In this document: positions 42,582 to 51,663 of the stretch, piece by piece
How the letters are laid out: each line of letters starts with the position of its first letter
Numbering within the stretch: the stretch's first letter is position 1
Source of the DNA: an uncultured Gammaproteobacteria bacterium
GTDB lineage: Bacteria > Pseudomonadota > Gammaproteobacteria > CAWCPV01
DNA length: 64,000 bases
Direction of reading: 5' to 3'
Assembly: GCA_963797555.1 (NCBI GenBank)
Contig: CAWCPV010000020.1
Span: 1-64,000 of the forward strand
Notes under the pieces: model-generated
The model's database searches: none
Seen by the model: only the letters and a program-made list of their open reading frames with translations
What the model was told of the DNA's origin: nothing
Made by a program: the position numbers and the translations under genes

Positions 42582-44147
42582 ATGTTCGCTACCGCTCTGA
42601 TCGTATTTCGCGAAACGCTGGAGGCAGCCCTGATCGTCGGTATTGTGATGGCGGCCACGCGGGGCGCCGCGGGTCGGGGCCGCTGGGTCGGTGCCGGCAT
42701 CGTGGCAGGCACGGCCGGTGCGGCCGCCGTTGCTGCCTTCGCAGACGCCATCGCCACAGCCGTCTCGGGTATGGGTCAGGAACTCTTGAATGCTTGTGTG
42801 CTGTTCACCGCGGTGACCATGCTGGGCTGGCACAACGTCTGGATGAAACAGCACGGCCGCGAGCTAGCGGCCCGAATCAGTGGCATCGGGCGCGGCGTGG
42901 TGGAGGGGTCTCGGCCGCTGTATGCCCTCGCGGTCGTCGTGGGGCTTGCGCTCCTCAGGGAGGGATCGGAGGTCGTGCTGTTCCTCTACGGTGTCGTCTC
43001 ATCCCAGCGGGCCGGCACCCTGCCAATGCTCGCGGGCGGTATCATCGGGCTTGGGGGCGGTACCGCGGCGGGGTTTGCGATGTATCGGGGCCTGCTGCGC
43101 ATCCCAGCGCGTCATCTGTTCACGGTGACAGCGTGGATGATCCTCCTGCTCGCGGCGGGCATGGCGGCCCAGGGCGCCCGTTACCTGGTTCAGGCGGGCG
43201 TCCTTCCGCCGCTCGGCACGGCTCTTTGGAACACGTCGGCATTACTGCCCGAGCAAAGCCTGCCGGGACAGATCCTGCATGTATTGGTCGGCTACATGGC
43301 GCGTCCGGACGGCGTCCAAGTGCTGTTCTACACGGTCACATTGGTTCTGATAGGTGGGCTGATGAAGTGGAGCGGCCGGCGGACTGCGCGCCCGGCAGCG
43401 GCGCAGGCCGCCGCGATCGCGGTCTTGGTCTGCGGCGCGCTGACGTTGGGCGCTCCGCCCGAGGCACGGGCGAACTGCAAAGTGTACTCACCGCACGTCG
43501 AGACGGGTGAGCTGGAGTTGGAAGCGCGCGAGTGCCTGCTTCAGGATAGTAACCCCGAGGAAAGCGGTATCCGAACGGATACGTACGAGGTCGGTTACGG
43601 CTTTACCGATTGGTGGTCCTCGACCGCGGTGTTCGAGTACACGAACGAAGGAGAGGAAGGCTACCACCCGGCGGTGAGGGGGTGGGAGAACATTTTCCAG
43701 CTCACCGAGCCAGGCCGGTACTGGATGGACCTGGGCCTGTATCTGGAGTACGAGTGGGCCGTAGCTCATGACGAGTCGGACGGGGTCGAGGCGAAGATCC
43801 TCCTGGAGAAAAGTGTCGGTCGCTGGACGAATACCGCCAACGTCATCTTCGAGCGGCCGGTCGGCGGCGGCGCCGGCAACGACGTGGCGGTCAGCTACGC
43901 TTGGCGGACGCGCTATCGGTGGAGGCCCGAGTTCGAGCCTGCCATCGAGGCCTTTGGAGGGATCGGGAACACCGGCAACTTCGGGTTTAGCGGTCAATCC
44001 CAGACCCTCGGGCCCGTGGTCCTGGGTAAGGTCCGTCTCAACTCCAGGATGACGCTGGGCTATGAGGCGGGGTATCTCTTCGGTCTGACTTCCGGGAGTC
44101 CAGACGGAACCTTCAAATGGCTGCTGGAGCTGGAAGCGCGGATATGA
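42582..44147 (+). CDS. FTR1 iron permease fused to a putative outer-membrane beta-barrel domain
   Basis: Two RExxE motifs (RETLE, REGSE); after a signal-peptide-like segment comes an aromatic beta-strand domain (KVYSPHVETGELELE...LLELEARI). Confidence 0.8.
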   Translation: MFATALIVFRETLEAALIVGIVMAATRGAAGRGRWVGAGIVAGTAGAAAVAAFADAIATAVSGMGQELLNACVLFTAVTMLGWHNVWMKQHGRELAARISGIGRGVVEGSRPLYALAVVVGLALLREGSEVVLFLYGVVSSQRAGTLPMLAGGIIGLGGGTAAGFAMYRGLLRIPARHLFTVTAWMILLLAAGMAAQGARYLVQAGVLPPLGTALWNTSALLPEQSLPGQILHVLVGYMARPDGVQVLFYTVTLVLIGGLMKWSGRRTARPAAAQAAAIAVLVCGALTLGAPPEARANCKVYSPHVETGELELEARECLLQDSNPEESGIRTDTYEVGYGFTDWWSSTAVFEYTNEGEEGYHPAVRGWENIFQLTEPGRYWMDLGLYLEYEWAVAHDESDGVEAKILLEKSVGRWTNTANVIFERPVGGGAGNDVAVSYAWRTRYRWRPEFEPAIEAFGGIGNTGNFGFSGQSQTLGPVVLGKVRLNSRMTLGYEAGYLFGLTSGSPDGTFKWLLELEARI

Positions 44148-44249
44148 GTCCCCCGCAAGGGCTCGCCGAGGAGCGCATCGCCCACCACAGGCTTTTCTCG
44201 CTGCAGCGTGTGGGCGGGTTTGACTTTTGGTGACCGGTTGCCTGCTCGC

Positions 44250-44990
44250 CGGCATCGCAGAATGCTTCCACGGACTTGGCCATGACGCCTTGTGGTCGCG
44301 CCGCAGCGCCTCGTTCAGGAAGGCGGCCCCCTCGTCCGGATCCACGGTCTCGCTGCGCGCCAGAGCGGAAGGTTGGGACTCCGGGAGCGCCCGGAGCCCC
44401 AACGCGCCGGTGAGGTCGCTGCCGTCCAGTTAGAGGGAGTCGAAGAAGTACGCACTGAGCGGCACGGAGCCCCCGCACCGCCGCCGTCTGCTCCAGACGG
44501 CCGCAGTTACGTTGTTCCACCGGAACACCCGGACCGGGGTCCCCCGCCTTGTGCACCTGCATCCGGCCAGGCGATCCGCTTGGCCGAGGACGCTCCTGTC
44601 GCTACCGATTTCCACCAGCAGCATGGCCGTGCCGATGAGAGCGACGCCCGGCAGGGTTTTGAGCCAACAGGCGCCGGCTGGCCAACTGCAGGACCTCGTG
44701 GAGAGCGGCCCCCCTTGGATGAGGGCCTTGACCATGGCACAGGCCGATTGGCGCTGACCATTACCCCCAAACGGATGCTGCCATCGGTGAGCACCTTGTG
44801 CAGCCTCTTCTCCGAGGCAAGCTGCCCGACCAGCTTCTGGCGCTGCCGGGCGATCAGGCGCAACTCGCGCAGTTTGGCCGGGGGGACGAAGGAGCCGTGC
44901 CACAAACCGGCCAGAGCCAGCATGGCCAGCCACTGGGCATCACCGATGTCGGTCTTGCGCCCCGAGAACTATTTGACGTGGCGGGCGTTG
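44250..44990 (-). mobile_element. Degraded IS110-family transposase
   Basis: NARHVK*..GRKTDIGDAQWLA, SFVPPAKLRELRLIARQRQKL, LKTLPGV...MLLVEIG; stops and frameshifts. Confidence 0.75.
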
Positions 44991-45107
44991 ACCTCTCCCC
45001 GCCGTCTCCCACCCCTGAGTTTCTTTCATCCTCTGGGGTGGCGCCGGATGCAATGATCGTTGGGAGGGGAAGAGGGCAGCCTACGGTCGGGGCTGCCCGC
45101 GGGGCGA

Positions 45108-45430
45108 TTACTTCAGGCCCATGCAGTTGGCATAGTACGTCACCGTGGCGGGCCAGTCGGAGAAGATCCCCAGGATTTTCACCTTGCGGGCCAGCACGTC
45201 CAGGGCCTTGTACATGTCGCTGTCCTTTTTGATTGCCTTGCCTTCCGGATCGAACAAGTAGTATAAGCCGGCGTTTGCGGCGCCTTGGCGCAGGTCAGAG
45301 CGCTCGAAGGTCCAGGTGATGATGTCCAGGCCCGCTTTTTTGATGTCCGTTGCGTACTCGGATGGGACCACTTCGCCGGCATCGTTCACCGCGAGCAGCG
45401 CAAACATGGGCGGGGCGAAGACATCGGCAC
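45108..45430 (-). pseudogene. C-terminal fragment of a glycerophosphodiester phosphodiesterase
   Basis: APPMFALL...AGLDIITWTFERS...GIFSDWPATVTYYANC; N-terminus absent. Confidence 0.7.
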
Positions 45431-45555
45431 TGAGCGAATCCGCCCGGCTACGGCGCAGACACAGCACGAATCCCTAGCGGCGTGGGGTGGTCGTCATCCC
45501 TGTTGGCCTCTCAGGCGCATCGGTCGGCTGGCGTCGCTGGCGTTATCGCCGCCGG

Positions 45556-45990
45556 TCAGTGCTGCAGCAACGTCAAGCGAGTTGCCTTCAGCAGGCGCCG
45601 AAAGCCCTTGTCGAAGCTCACGAGATGGCCGTGGTTCGACTCGACGGCGGCCGCGATCCAGGCATCCGGGATGTCATTGCCGGTCAGGCGGTGCCGCTCG
45701 CACAGATCCAGCAAGACCGGCCACTCCCGACCGAGCGGGGGCATATCGACGCCGGGGGACTCCAGCACGACGCGCAGGAACGTCACGGCGGCTTCCACCG
45801 GCGTGGGCTGGACGAAGACACGCGGATGCGTGACCAGGCGCAGGAATCCGGCGGCTACCATCGGCAAGACGGTCAGGGTCCGTCCCTCCGCGCACGCGTC
45901 CAGAGCCGAGTCCAGCCAGGCTCGCGCTGATTCGTGGTGCGGGTGGTCGGCGCGCGAGGCGGCGACCAGCACATTCACGTCGGGGGTCAT
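45556..45990 (-). CDS. vapC: VapC PIN-domain toxin
   Basis: PDVNVLVAA, FLRLVTHPR, DAWIAA, SFDKGF. Confidence 0.88.
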   Translation of the reverse strand: MTPDVNVLVAASRADHPHHESARAWLDSALDACAEGRTLTVLPMVAAGFLRLVTHPRVFVQPTPVEAAVTFLRVVLESPGVDMPPLGREWPVLLDLCERHRLTGNDIPDAWIAAAVESNHGHLVSFDKGFRRLLKATRLTLLQH

Positions 45991-46250
45991 GTCCCCTCGT
46001 CCGCCTCGGTCCAGTCGTTAGTGGCGTCCAGCAGGGCACGGTGGCTGGTGGGGTCCGCAACCGCTGCTGTAAGTCCACCGACTCCTGCGAATACCGGGAG
46101 CGGGGGACGGGCACGTTGGAGTTTAGCCGGCGGCCGCAGCCGTAGCGCGAGCGCTTCCTCGATTAGACGGGTCAGGGTCGTGTGCTCCTGCGCGGCCACG
46201 GCCTTGGCCCGGGTCAGCAAGGCATCGTCGATGTCGAGGGTCGTTCTCAT
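45987..46250 (-). CDS. vapB: VapB-type antitoxin
   Basis: MRTTLDIDDALL...TLTRLIEEAL; overlaps the vapC start. Confidence 0.85.
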   Translation of the reverse strand: MRTTLDIDDALLTRAKAVAAQEHTTLTRLIEEALALRLRPPAKLQRARPPLPVFAGVGGLTAAVADPTSHRALLDATNDWTEADEGT

Positions 46251-47028
46251 GGGTGGAGCACCGATGCAGATTTCTGCATCATCCTATTATCGAGCGACGA
46301 CCCTGTCAATTCGGATCCCTGTTGCAGACAATGCCTGCTTCCGGTCGTTTTCGGACAGAGCGCCTGGACTATAGCCCGCTCCTCGCCCATGGTCAGCCCC
46401 TGGCGGCAGCGCGGCCAGGCCCAGAGTCAGGGCGAGAATGTGAGCGCTGTGGAACCACTCGGGGTCGAAGGCATGCGGCCAGGCGCAGCTCCAGCACCAA
46501 CCGCCCGTCGAAACCGGTGGCATGCAGCGCCACATCGAAAGCCGAACCGGGTGTCCACCAGCTTGCCACACAGCTCGTAGCGCTGCCCGCCGGCCCGCGC
46601 TGCAATGCGGCACAGGTAAACGAAGGCAGGCCAGGGAGGGGAGCCAGGGTGCGTCTGCGCGACCCATGCCCGGCGGTTGCTCAGGGCCTCCTGAGCGAAT
46701 CCCTTGTAGCCGTGGAAGCTGTTAGCGGGCCAGAGTGAGGGCGGCACCCAACAGCTCGGCCTCACCGACCTCGGGTCTGCCTGACCCGCTCCGGGCCGGG
46801 ACCGGAAGCCATTTGCGACCACTCGCTCCAGCGCCAAACGACATGCGGGGTGCCGACGCGAAAGATTCCACGCGCTGATCCTGATCGACCGCAGCCACCG
46901 CGCCGGGCGGGCCTCTATATCTCTCGCGTTCCCGGTCCTCCACCCCGACCCGGGCCGAAAGCTTGCGGCCCCGTCACCGCATATCCCCCGGGTGAGAGAA
47001 TCGAGCCCGGTCACCGGAGGAGCATCCC

Positions 47029-48174
47029 ATGGAAGTGTCTTTTTACCGGCTCACCTGGCACGCCCAGCTCGCGGCTGGCGCCTTGCTGTTCGTGTTGTCG
47101 CTCGCGATCGAGGCCGCCGTGCTTACCGAATACTTGACCAACGCGGTCCTCGCCGCGCCGCTCGCCCTCGGCCTGGAAGTCAGCAAGGCGGTGACCATCG
47201 TGCTCCACCGCTTCCTCACCGGGCAGGACCGGGGCAGCTACCCGGCGTCGGTACGCTCCATCGTTCTCGTTTTTCGAGCGGCCCTGCTGGTGCTGTCCGC
47301 TCTATGCTCGCTGATGTACCTCGCCCACAAGCTCGATCGCCCGCACCTGGAAGCGGTCCGCCAAGCCGACCTGGCGAGTATAGAACACGCCTATACGGCC
47401 GATCGCTCCCGCCTCGAGCGACAGTTCGCGCGCCAAGGGACCGAGACCGACAAGGTGGTCGCCGCCCGTTTCGCACAACTGCGGGAGCAGGCCGCAGACG
47501 GTTACCGGCCCGCCATCCGGGGCCTGCAAGCCCAGCTCACCGTGGAAATGGACAACTCCGTGAAAGGGAACTTCGTCGGCCCTCGCTACCGGACGATCGC
47601 TTCGCGCCTCGAGCAGGAGAAGTCCGCGTACCGGGAGCGCCTGGATGGACTCGCCGAGCGGGAGGCACGGGAGCGCGCCGAGAGCTTGGGCTCGCTCCGC
47701 GACGCGCAGGAGCGGGACCTGTCGCGGCTGCGCAGCGTCTTCGAGGCTCGTGCGGCGCATCTGCGCGGCGAAGATTATGCGGGAGATAGCCGGGTGGAGA
47801 ACCCCATGATCACCGCCTTCACTCGGGTGGTGCATCGGGTCACCGGCCTCGACCTGGACCCCCTGCTGTTCATCTTCCTGTTTTCGGTCTTTATCAGCCT
47901 CCTCATGGAGCTTGGCATCGTGGCGAGCTTCGAGACGCTCACCAGCTCCCACCTGCCGATCCTCTCTGCGGCCCACCGCATGAAGCTCCAGGTCACCAAG
48001 CACCGGATCGAGTCCGAGGGAGACTTGCAGACCGCCCGGATCGACGACGCGGCACAGCGCCAGAGAACGGCAGGATGGGTACGGGACATCGCTCGTTCAG
48101 TCGGCTTCGGCGCGGGCGGCCTCGACCGCAAGCTTGCGGATCCGGCGGAGCCCGGCGGATCTGGTTTCAAATAG
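47029..48174 (+). CDS. Uncharacterised membrane protein (about 3 TM, long coiled coil, 1 TM); DUF4407-like architecture
   Basis: Hydrophobic N-terminal helices, a helical middle with EMDNSVKGNFVGPRYR, and a C-terminal TM; GGAGGAG RBS. Confidence 0.7.
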   Translation: MEVSFYRLTWHAQLAAGALLFVLSLAIEAAVLTEYLTNAVLAAPLALGLEVSKAVTIVLHRFLTGQDRGSYPASVRSIVLVFRAALLVLSALCSLMYLAHKLDRPHLEAVRQADLASIEHAYTADRSRLERQFARQGTETDKVVAARFAQLREQAADGYRPAIRGLQAQLTVEMDNSVKGNFVGPRYRTIASRLEQEKSAYRERLDGLAEREARERAESLGSLRDAQERDLSRLRSVFEARAAHLRGEDYAGDSRVENPMITAFTRVVHRVTGLDLDPLLFIFLFSVFISLLMELGIVASFETLTSSHLPILSAAHRMKLQVTKHRIESEGDLQTARIDDAAQRQRTAGWVRDIARSVGFGAGGLDRKLADPAEPGGSGFK

Positions 48175-48210
48175 ACACGGATCACATCACAACTTGGAGG
48201 GACAGCAGCC

Positions 48211-48756
48211 ATGCCTGAAAACCGCGGGTCGGGAGACTCCCACACCGCCACCTACCACCCGGAGATCCTCCGGGCGCCGGTGGCGGACAACTCGGCGCTG
48301 GTCGACTCGGCGCTCGCCGCGCACCGGCAGAACTTCCTGCTCCGCCTGTTCCCGAACGACCAGGAGCGGGCGGTGCGCGGCCATGAGCTGGACCAGATCA
48401 AGGCCGGCTTCGAGTTCCGCCGCCGTGCCCTGCAGATGGCGGTGGAGACGAAGCTCCAGGCCATGGAGGAGATGTGCAACCACGTCCTGGTCACCGGCAA
48501 GAGCGAGATCCGCCGGCAGCGCCAGGAGTTCTTCGCCGAGCAGCAGCTCAAGCTGCAGACGGCCATGGACCAGCACGCGGAGCGCTTCAACACCCGCCTG
48601 GAGCGGCGTCTGGCGGAGCTTCAGCGTTACCAGAACCCGCAGCTCCGGCAGCGGGAGGAGCAGCGCCTGCTGCGGGCGCTGGATCAGTTCCACGAGATGA
48701 TCGAGCAGCTCTCCCAGGACTTCATGGCCATCATCCATGAAGGCGTCCACCGCTGA
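48211..48756 (+). CDS. Uncharacterised alpha-helical/coiled-coil protein
   Basis: 181 aa, strong host codon bias, GGAGG RBS, 26 bp before cas2. Confidence 0.75.
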   Translation: MPENRGSGDSHTATYHPEILRAPVADNSALVDSALAAHRQNFLLRLFPNDQERAVRGHELDQIKAGFEFRRRALQMAVETKLQAMEEMCNHVLVTGKSEIRRQRQEFFAEQQLKLQTAMDQHAERFNTRLERRLAELQRYQNPQLRQREEQRLLRALDQFHEMIEQLSQDFMAIIHEGVHR

Positions 48757-48782
48757 GGGGCGCGGAGCCCGGAGGACGAAGC

Positions 48783-49067
48783 TTGACCACACAGCCCGCC
48801 ATCATCGCCTACGACATCGCGAGCGACGCCACCCGGCGGCGGGTGCGCCAGGTGGTCCAGGAGTGGCGCCTCGACGGCCAGAAGTCGGTGCACGAGTGCC
48901 TGCTGACGGAGGCCCAGGCGCAGGAGCTGTTCCTGCAGCTCGCCGAGACGTTGTCGGGCACTCGGGACCGGTTGCTGCTCGCCTGGGTGGCGCCTCACCG
49001 GGCGTGCATGGCGCGCGGGAAAGGCCGGATCGGCGGCCCGCCCTTCGGGGCGGCACGGGTGATATGA
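48783..49067 (+). CDS. cas2: CRISPR-associated Cas2 (copy 1)
   Basis: IIAYDIASDATRRRV...QKSVHEC; TTG start with GGAGG RBS. Confidence 0.88.
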   Translation: MTTQPAIIAYDIASDATRRRVRQVVQEWRLDGQKSVHECLLTEAQAQELFLQLAETLSGTRDRLLLAWVAPHRACMARGKGRIGGPPFGAARVI

Positions 49068-49071
49068 GGCG

Positions 49072-49432
49072 ATGGCCAAACGCGGCTGGTATCTGCTCGC
49101 CTACGACATCGCCTGCCCGCGCCGGCTGCAGAGGGTGCAGCGGCTCCTGAAGGGCGAAGGGCTCGCGGCGCAGCTCTCGGTGTTTTTCGTGTTCGGGTCG
49201 CAGGCCGAGGTCTCGGGGCTCCTCGACCGTGTGGCGGAGCGGATCCACGTCCGGGAAGACGATGTCCGCTGCTGGCCGATTCGACCATCCGGGGGCGGTG
49301 TGGTTCCACGGCGAGCCCCCAGTCAAAGGCCCCCTGGCACCGCCGGGCCGCAGACCTCGGCCCGAACAGGCGGAGAGCAAGAAACGGCGCGGCTCGGCGG
49401 TGCTCCGTATCCTGGGGAGGTGGCGGGCTTGA
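49072..49432 (+). CDS. cas2: CRISPR-associated Cas2 (copy 2); read in frame with cas1 in this assembly
   Basis: YLLAYDIACPRRLQRV...QLSVF...EDDVR; a plausible C-terminus (DHPGAVWFHG...) lies in the +1 frame ending at TGA 49432. Confidence 0.8.
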
Positions 49433-50469
49433 CCGGGGAGTTGCTGGTGGTGCTCGACCGTCGGGAAAGCACGGTTCGGCTCGAGGGTCGCGCCTTGCGC
49501 GTCCAGCATGCAGGCGGATGGGAGCGCATCCCCCTGGGGCTGGTGGGCCTGGTGGTGGTCCACGGGAGCCCCTCGGTGTCTTGCGACGTCTGGCGCGCCC
49601 TGGCGGAGCGCGGCGTGCCCGCGGTCATGCTGCCGTCGCGGGGCACCGGCGCGGCCGCCTGGGCCGGTGCCGGGCTGTCCACCAGCATCCAGGTACGGCG
49701 GCGCCAGCACCGGGCGGCCTCGGACCCTCCGCAACGCCTCGCGGTGGCGCGGGAGATTGTGCTGGCCAAGCTGTCTGCCCAGCGAGCCCTCGTACAGGGA
49801 CTGGGTTCCGGCACGATCCCGGTCCTGTTCGACACGGGGGGGACCGCCGCCCTGGTGGCGACGCTGGACAGCCAGTTGGCCGCGGCCCGCACGGCTCCCG
49901 ACCCAACCACCCTCATGGGGGCCGAAGGGGCAGCCGCCTCAGCCTGGTACCAATGGCTCTGCGAACATTTGCCGGGCCGCTGGCGCTTCAGCGGCCGCAA
50001 CCGCCGCCCACCGCGCGACCCGGTCAACGCACTGCTCTCCCTCACCTACACCCTCGCCATGACCGAGGCCCGGTACCAGCTCGAAGCCGCCGGGCTGGAC
50101 CCCGCCTTGGGCTTCCTGCATGGGGTGGTGCCCGGAAGAGACTCCCTGATGCTGGACGTGGTGGAGCCGCTGCGTCCAGGTGTCGACGCTTTCGTGCTGC
50201 GCCTGCTCGAACGGGTGGTCGAGCCGCGGGACTTTCACTACAGCCAGCGGGACGGCTGCCGGCTCAACAAAGCGGCGCGGGGAACGTATTACCAGGCGTG
50301 GGCCGCCTATCGCCTGGAATGGCCGGACCTCGAAGCGCGCGCTGCCGCCGGCAGCGAAGAAGAAGCGCCTGCTTACGCAGGCACGCTCTCCGGTGCCGCC
50401 TGGCGGGTCGTCCAATCCTTGCGGCGTCTCCTGCCCGACTTGGGCGACGAGCCCCAGTCCGATGGGTAA
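49429..50469 (+). CDS. cas1: CRISPR-associated integrase Cas1
   Basis: LMGAEG, FSGRNRRPPRDPVNALLS, GFLHG, LMLDVVEPLRP; TTG start with GGAGG RBS. Confidence 0.93.
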   Translation: MTGELLVVLDRRESTVRLEGRALRVQHAGGWERIPLGLVGLVVVHGSPSVSCDVWRALAERGVPAVMLPSRGTGAAAWAGAGLSTSIQVRRRQHRAASDPPQRLAVAREIVLAKLSAQRALVQGLGSGTIPVLFDTGGTAALVATLDSQLAAARTAPDPTTLMGAEGAAASAWYQWLCEHLPGRWRFSGRNRRPPRDPVNALLSLTYTLAMTEARYQLEAAGLDPALGFLHGVVPGRDSLMLDVVEPLRPGVDAFVLRLLERVVEPRDFHYSQRDGCRLNKAARGTYYQAWAAYRLEWPDLEARAAAGSEEEAPAYAGTLSGAAWRVVQSLRRLLPDLGDEPQSDG

Positions 50470-51296
50470 GCTGCTGGACCGGGCACTGACGCCCGATGCC
50501 GTCAACCGCGCCTGGAAGAGCGTCCGAAACGACCGCGCACCGTGGCATGTCGGGATGAGCAGGACGGAAATGGAACGGAATCTTGCGACCCACCTGCTGC
50601 GCCTGGTCGATGATCTGCGACAGGGCCGGTACCGCCCCGATGCCATGAGGCAATTTACGATCGCCAAGGGAGACGGCCGCCAGCGCGTGCTCTCCGCCCT
50701 CACCCTGCGGGACAAGCTGGCGCAGCGCGCGGTCCTGTCGGTTCTCGAGCCCATCGGCGAACAACTGTTCCACCACGACAGCTTCGGCTACCGGGCCGGG
50801 CGCAACGTCGCCATGGCGCTGGCACGGGTCCGGGAGCGGGTGCACTGCGGTCTTCCCTGGCTGGTGGACGCGGACATTCGGGCGTTCTTCGATAACATCC
50901 CCCACCGCCCGCTGCGCAAGGCGCTGGCGCGTGTCGTCCCGGACCGGGAGGTCCTGCACCTCATCGACCAGTGGCTCGAGGTCGGCACGTACCACACCGG
51001 CATCCTCACCGGCCCCCGGGGGGTCCCCCAGGGGGCTGTCATCTCTCCGTTTCTCTGCAACGTCTACCTGCACCAGCTCGACGGACGGCATGCGCGAAGC
51101 GGCGTACCCTTCGTTCGTTATGCCGACGACTTCCTGCTGTTCGCTCCCGACGAGCGGACGGCCGCCAAGGCCCTGAAGCTCGTCGGCGTATACCTGCGGG
51201 AGTCTCGACCTCGAGCTCCACCCCGAAAAGACCCGGGTAGTGCTCTCCGGACCCCAGGTCAGCTTCCTCGGACAACCGCTGCCTGCGCCGCCGTGA
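50462..51296 (+). CDS. Stand-alone group II intron-like reverse transcriptase (CRISPR-associated); frameshift ~51200
   Basis: IAKGDGRQRVL, DKLAQRA, SFGYR, DADIRAFFDNI, GVPQGAVISP, RYADD; LHPEKT...FLG in the shifted frame; no maturase or endonuclease domain; overlaps the cas1 end. Confidence 0.9.
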
Positions 51297-51316
51297 CATC
51301 GTACGAGCCTAGCTAG

Positions 51317-51663
51317 CCTACCGCCCCCGCGCCATCCTCAAGCGCCGCAGGCGCTCTCTGCCCCCGCGCGCCCCCATCCCTACCCCTGCTCCCCGCGGCA
51401 GATGAAAACGGCCGCTGCGCCCACCACGACCGTGGACAGCGGCCGGGGGTCAGCTACGAAAGGGAGGAGTGACGCAACCCGTGATGGCGAGCAAGCGCCC
51501 ACATATCCCGATCTGCCAAACATCGCCAACATGGTCTACACTACACTTGGTTTCCAACCGAGACCGTACCGACATGCGTGTAGCTAACTCCCTCGAACAG
51601 TTTCCGTGTCGCCGCGGCAACGCCCAACCGCCTGCTGGCCGTGGCTGTCTCGCGGCAGGGGGG
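51317..51663 (+). promoter_or_regulatory. Putative CRISPR leader
   Basis: Non-coding stretch between RT and the first repeat; degenerate repeats are at the opposite end of the array. Confidence 0.6.

Noticed and set aside
46250-47028. Coding or ncRNA potential upstream of the membrane gene
   Set aside because: Only overlapping low-complexity ORFs and no recognisable RNA motif.
49072-50469. Natural Cas2-Cas1 fusion protein (465 aa)
   Set aside because: The linker is low-complexity, and an RBS-TTG start overlapping a +1-frame TGA fits two genes better; likely a 1-nt insertion.
51455-51520. c-di-GMP (GEMM) riboswitch-like GAAAG...GACGCAA in the leader
   Set aside because: Lacks the GGCAAAC element and the paired stems; it sits before a CRISPR array.
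50180-51660. Group II intron, retron or DGR explanation for the RT
   Set aside because: No domain X, no recognisable intron domain V/VI, no retron VTG motif, no TR/VR pair seen; the RT overlaps cas1.
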